64,000 bases of DNA from assembly GCA_965215015.1 (NCBI GenBank), contig OZ244042.1, positions 3,648,001 to 3,712,000 on the forward strand. Reading direction: 5' to 3'. Of this stretch, positions 59,683 to 64,000 are shown piece after piece. The stretch's first letter is position 1, and each line of letters starts with the position of its first letter. Below the pieces are notes generated by a model. The model worked only from the letters and a program-made list of their open reading frames with translations, ran no database searches and was not told the origin of the DNA. The position numbers and the translations under genes were made by a program. Source of the DNA: Candidatus Poribacteria bacterium (GTDB taxonomy: Bacteria; Poribacteria; WGA-4E; PCPOR2b).

Positions 59683-60043
59683 TGTTAACACTCCTTATTT
59701 TTAAAATACGTTTCGCAGCAAACTTTGGAAACTTGTAAACTACGCCACGGTAATGACAAGATGCTAATCTATTGATGCGTAGGCACAATAAATTGCGTGA
59801 CTACCAGCAAAAGATAGGCACCAATCAGATTCATATTCTACCTAACTTCGTTGATAATGTATCATACTTCGTTTTAACTTTCAACGATTTTTTTAGCGAG
59901 GGCGCATTGACATTTTATTGTCGCGAATTGGAGAAACACTGTAATCATTACCCTATCCGCCAAAGATACTCGAAACATGCGTATCGAAAATCTGCCGCTG
60001 AAGCGCAAAACGTAAATGAACCCGCAGCCCTGTAAACACATTT

Positions 60044-61198
60044 CTACTTTTTCACCGCACCAAATGTGACGCCACGTAGCAAGTGACCCCGCATCAGGAA
60101 GGTAAAAATCGCAACGGGTAAGAGAAAGACAAAGGTCGCAGCCGCAATCTTGCCCCAATCAACCCCGCTAGATCCGATCGCACTCGTGATTGAAGGCGGC
60201 GCGGTCACTGCCCTGCCACCAACTTCCGTCAATACCAGCGCAAAAGCAAACTCGTTCCACGCAGTGATAAGACAGAAAACAGCTGTCGCAGCGATGCCTG
60301 TCACAGATTGGGGAAGAACAACTTTGACGAAAGTTTGGAAGCGAGTATACCCATCAACGAGGGCAGCGTCTTCGTACTCTTTGGGGATTTCGTCAATGAA
60401 ACCTTTCATCAGCCAGACCGCGAAGGAGACGTTGAAGGTAGTATAGAGCAGGATGAGCCCCAAGTAGGTATCGCGTAGGCCGAGCGCGCTGTACATCAAG
60501 TAAATTGGGATGACAACAACGACGGGGGGAAGCATCCTTGTGCTCAGGATGAAGAAGAGCAAATCTTCCTTGCCTGCAACTTTGAAGCGCGAAAACGCAT
60601 AGGCAGATAGTGTCCCAAATCCGACAGCGAGGAGGGTGCTGCCGAACCCAATGATGATGCTATTCAGCAGTTGATGGAAGTATTTTGACCCTCCGTGTGC
60701 GAATAATATGCAGATAGCAACAATTGATAATACACCGGCACCGATGAGCGACAGACGAACTCGTCTTACATCGGTAGCTCTTTGAGGAGAAATGAGCAGG
60801 TAGGCGACGATTGTATAAATTGCCAACATCAGAAAATTGTAGTTGATGGTAGTCACAAACGCGTAAAGACAAATTAAAATCAACAAACAGTTCCACAGAA
60901 GCGCGAAACGACGGGCAAATACCATATCTCGGAAGGGCAAAAAGGAGGCGAACATACCGATCAATGCTTTCACAATGAAGACGTACGTAAGTCCGGGGAC
61001 TTCATCGGGCATCAGTTTCTGATAGTGCTCGAAGGTGACGCGAAACAGGAATTGGGGAACCTGTGCAATAATATCACTCGGCGATTTGAGGGAGGTCACA
61101 ACAATCCAGTAGATTGGAGTGAGGTAGACCAGTACCGCCACCCCAATTACAGCAAGGGCCAAGTAGTGTCCAAGTCTATTTCGCTCTATCTGTGCCAT
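60044..61198 (-). CDS. Carbohydrate ABC permease (MalG-like) with extra TM insertion
   Basis: NS, AYAFSRF, EAA-loop-like IPKEYEDAALVDG, WNEF. Confidence 0.92.
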   Translation of the reverse strand: MAQIERNRLGHYLALAVIGVAVLVYLTPIYWIVVTSLKSPSDIIAQVPQFLFRVTFEHYQKLMPDEVPGLTYVFIVKALIGMFASFLPFRDMVFARRFALLWNCLLILICLYAFVTTINYNFLMLAIYTIVAYLLISPQRATDVRRVRLSLIGAGVLSIVAICILFAHGGSKYFHQLLNSIIIGFGSTLLAVGFGTLSAYAFSRFKVAGKEDLLFFILSTRMLPPVVVVIPIYLMYSALGLRDTYLGLILLYTTFNVSFAVWLMKGFIDEIPKEYEDAALVDGYTRFQTFVKVVLPQSVTGIAATAVFCLITAWNEFAFALVLTEVGGRAVTAPPSITSAIGSSGVDWGKIAAATFVFLLPVAIFTFLMRGHLLRGVTFGAVKK

Positions 61199-61199
61199 C

Positions 61200-62105
61200 T
61201 TACGCCTCACCGCGGACCTTATTTAGATATTTCACGTAAATGTTGCTCAACGCAACAATGATAATTAGGAGTAGGTAAGCCATCGCACACGCCTTGCCGG
61301 TGTTATAATTCCGAAACGCCAGTTTGTACAGGTTCATCGAAACCGTTTCCGTCGCTGTCCCCGGTCCCCCTTCGCGGGTCAGCACGTAAACAATGTCAAA
61401 CATCTTGAAGGCATCCATCGTGCGGAACAGGAGGGCAATCAGTAGTAGGGGAGAAACCAACGGCAGGGTAATCCAACGGAACTTGAACCACCGGGAGGCG
61501 CGGTCCACATCTGCAGCTTCGTAGAGATACTTCGGGATAGCCGACAAGCCAGCCAAAGAAATCAGCATCATGAATGGCGACCACATCCATGTATCGACAA
61601 TCACGACAGCGAGCATGGCAATCTTTGGATCCGTCGTCCAGCCAATCGGTGCTCCGAGCAGCGGACTCAGGAAGTAGTTGACCAGCCCCGAAGCGTCGGA
61701 CGCAAAAATGAATCGCCAGAAGAGACCAACGACAACCGGCGAGAGCATCATCGGTAACAGGATTAGCGTTGTCACGAATCCCTTATATCGAAATTCACGA
61801 TTGAGAAGCAACGCCAATCCGAAACCGATGATGAATTGAGTGAGGACAGCGAGGACGACAAAGTAAGCGGTGGTTTGAAAATAGCCCCAGATTTCCGGAT
61901 CTGTCAGGAGCCGTGCGTAGTTCTGGACACCGATAAACTTTGCCGGACGGTTCGGCATGGAAGCCTTATAACGATGAAAACTCAAGTACAATGACCATAG
62001 CAACGGGAAAATATTCATCAAGATGAGCAAAATCATGGTCGGCATGATAAATGCCATCTTAATCTGGTAGTCACTGAACCCGCGAGCAAAACGTGCGGAG
62101 CGCAT
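61200..62105 (-). CDS. Carbohydrate ABC permease (MalF-like)
   Basis: F.G..NY, LPMMLSP, W.W.PF, YEAADVD.A, T..GGPG. Confidence 0.92.
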   Translation of the reverse strand: MRSARFARGFSDYQIKMAFIMPTMILLILMNIFPLLWSLYLSFHRYKASMPNRPAKFIGVQNYARLLTDPEIWGYFQTTAYFVVLAVLTQFIIGFGLALLLNREFRYKGFVTTLILLPMMLSPVVVGLFWRFIFASDASGLVNYFLSPLLGAPIGWTTDPKIAMLAVVIVDTWMWSPFMMLISLAGLSAIPKYLYEAADVDRASRWFKFRWITLPLVSPLLLIALLFRTMDAFKMFDIVYVLTREGGPGTATETVSMNLYKLAFRNYNTGKACAMAYLLLIIIVALSNIYVKYLNKVRGEA

Positions 62106-62161
62106 TGCCTCCTCTGTGCAAATAATCTGTGAACGGTAAATCTAATTTCCCAGCGGTGCTA

Positions 62162-63472
62162 TCAGTCGTAGTAGCCTGCATCCTCGAAAATTGCTTCATG
62201 TTTCCGTGCAATCTCATCCAACGCTTCCTTGGACGCTTTAGATCCGATGATAACTTGGTTCCACCCCGTCTGGCACGCTTCCAAAAGTTCAGCGTATTCG
62301 GGAACCGCCCAAAAGTCGCGCAAATACGGAAAACTGGCGGCGAAAGCCTTGTTGAACGGAGTCGCATTGAGGAAAACTTCGGATTGTAGGACCTCTTTGT
62401 GCGGCGTGAACCCACCCAGCTGCGCCCATTTTTCCTGCACCGGTTTCTGCATAAACCATTTCATATACCGCTTAGCGATTTCTTGGTTCTTGGAATAAGC
62501 GGAGATTGACATACCTTGACCGCCGATGCTGATGGCATGTCCTTTCGGACCCGCAGGTGAAATAAAGAAGCCGGTTTTATTGTAGTAATTGGGGTTCTGA
62601 TCTGCATTGACCGCACCCGGGAAGAAAGCGAAATAGTCCATCGCCATCGCGACTTTTCCCGCTTTATACGCATCCAGCGTTTCTGCCCAGTAGTAGTTCG
62701 GCGCATCGGGTGGCGAAAACGCTTTGAGCGACTTGTAATACTCTAGGGCCTTGACAACATCTTCGCTGTTGATATGACCATCAACCTTATAGGTTTCGGT
62801 ATCGCCGTAGGACCCACCAAACGACCACATCACCTGTTGAAAGCCCATGGTAATCCCATCGTACTCTTTGCTGTACCAAGGCGCAACGCCGTAGAGATTT
62901 GGGGGCCGCGTGAAAAACTCGGCAATATCACGGAGTGCCTCATAGGTCTTAGGAGGAGCGAGCTCATAGCCATACTTTTCCTTGAACATCGCTTTTTCGT
63001 TCGCATCCTCAAAGAGATCTGTGCGATAGAGAAAACCGTTGGCATCCACCTCCGCGGGAAGTGCCCAATAATTTCCACTTCCTTTCGGATACTCGGCGAA
63101 TGCCTCCATGGCGGTTGCATAAATCGAATCAACATCAATATTTTCGTTAATCCAGTCCGTCAAGTCAACGTAGTGTCCGCCGACAGAGTTTCTGCCGAGC
63201 CACTGGCTATCGCCGATAACTATATCGTATCGATCACTTTTTCCAACAAACGCGGTGAAAACTTGGTCCTGGAAATGAGACCAAGAGATTTGAACCACAT
63301 CAACCTCAATCCCTGTTTCTGCCGTAAAATCCTTCGATAGCTCTGTGAGATAATTCGCAGGATCCCACTGTGCCCAAGCAACGGTTAATTTTTCCTGAGC
63401 GTTTGTTGAGGGGGTTGCGATCATTAGTACAGAGAGCACAAACATCGCAAAATAGCACGCAAGTTTTTTCAT
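62162..63472 (-). CDS. Carbohydrate ABC transporter substrate-binding protein
   Basis: Signal peptide, F.AETGIEV, YRTDLF, P.T...L.D.A.FF; AGGA RBS. Confidence 0.92.
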   Translation of the reverse strand: MKKLACYFAMFVLSVLMIATPSTNAQEKLTVAWAQWDPANYLTELSKDFTAETGIEVDVVQISWSHFQDQVFTAFVGKSDRYDIVIGDSQWLGRNSVGGHYVDLTDWINENIDVDSIYATAMEAFAEYPKGSGNYWALPAEVDANGFLYRTDLFEDANEKAMFKEKYGYELAPPKTYEALRDIAEFFTRPPNLYGVAPWYSKEYDGITMGFQQVMWSFGGSYGDTETYKVDGHINSEDVVKALEYYKSLKAFSPPDAPNYYWAETLDAYKAGKVAMAMDYFAFFPGAVNADQNPNYYNKTGFFISPAGPKGHAISIGGQGMSISAYSKNQEIAKRYMKWFMQKPVQEKWAQLGGFTPHKEVLQSEVFLNATPFNKAFAASFPYLRDFWAVPEYAELLEACQTGWNQVIIGSKASKEALDEIARKHEAIFEDAGYYD

Positions 63473-64000
63473 AATTGTTTCCTTTCTGAAGTATTTGTTA
63501 AAGCCTGATTAGACTGATAATTTGAAAGATTTAGCGGGTGATTATAACAGAATGGGAAAAAATTGACAAGCGGTAAATGAAAAATTTAGGGCTAAAGTCT
63601 GCGAACTAGGAGTTGTAGATACACACCATGGTAACTGTCGATTATTCCCTTACGTTAGTCCGATTGGTGTGCTGTCAACCTTTGTTAGAACTTGCCAATC
63701 TGTCCTAAAATTCAAAATTCGCCCATGTAAAGAATTAGTGCAACAGAAGCCAGGGACTTGCATCTCCCCCTGCTTGCAGTCCCTCCCCCCGCTTGCGGAG
63801 GGACTGAGGGGGTAGGGGGTACAAAGGGGCACTTCTCTTCGTGTTTTGTACTTTCTTTTGATATGAGCCTCAAAATCTTGTTGCGTTTGTTTTGAAGGAC
63901 AACAACGAGCGGTTCACGCCCAAACGGGTATCAAGCGTATGCGGCACTATACCGAGGCATTGGCGATTATTCCAAATCAACGTTTGATTGAAAACCGCAA

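Larger units (their letters stand above)
58461..59897 (-). repeat. Diverged ~277-bp direct duplication (signal peptide + upstream region)
   Basis: 58461-58737 aligns with 59621-59897. Confidence 0.85.

Overview
Bacterial chromosomal window of about 50% GC. It is probably a Candidatus Poribacteria-like sponge symbiont; this is inferred from two PhyH dioxygenases, a WD40 remnant, an [17 protein letters not shown] C-terminal sorting domain and the lipoprotein style. Housekeeping and catabolic genes include an M20 peptidase, an Eis-like GNAT, a ThuA-like protein, a vWA lipoprotein, rsmI, an enolase-superfamily dehydratase, leuS, ggt, TauD/PhyH dioxygenases, a GHMP kinase-nucleotidyltransferase fusion and a sugar ABC operon. 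A ~14.4 kb defence island (8.5-22.9 kb) carries an ABC ATPase + DUF4276 pair, a SNF2-DUF3883 helicase, a PtuA-like ATPase with a truncated partner, a DUF1156 methylase and a DUF499 ATPase. The most unusual items are: (1) four tandem small genes for a membrane-anchored coiled-coil protein whose lengths differ only by 11- and 7-residue units (23.0-25.1 kb); (2) a 1-kb array of seven ~103-bp hairpins alternating with the orphan C-terminal tail of a type IIG restriction-modification enzyme, inside the defence operon; (3) a Met/Asp-alternating lipoprotein sharing a duplicated upstream region and signal peptide with a cytochrome P460-family gene; (4) an intact IS4-like element plus two solo left ends truncated at the same base. 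Many truncated genes abut short palindromic repeats. I recognised no rRNA, tRNA or CRISPR array. All family calls come from motif recognition by eye, not database searches.
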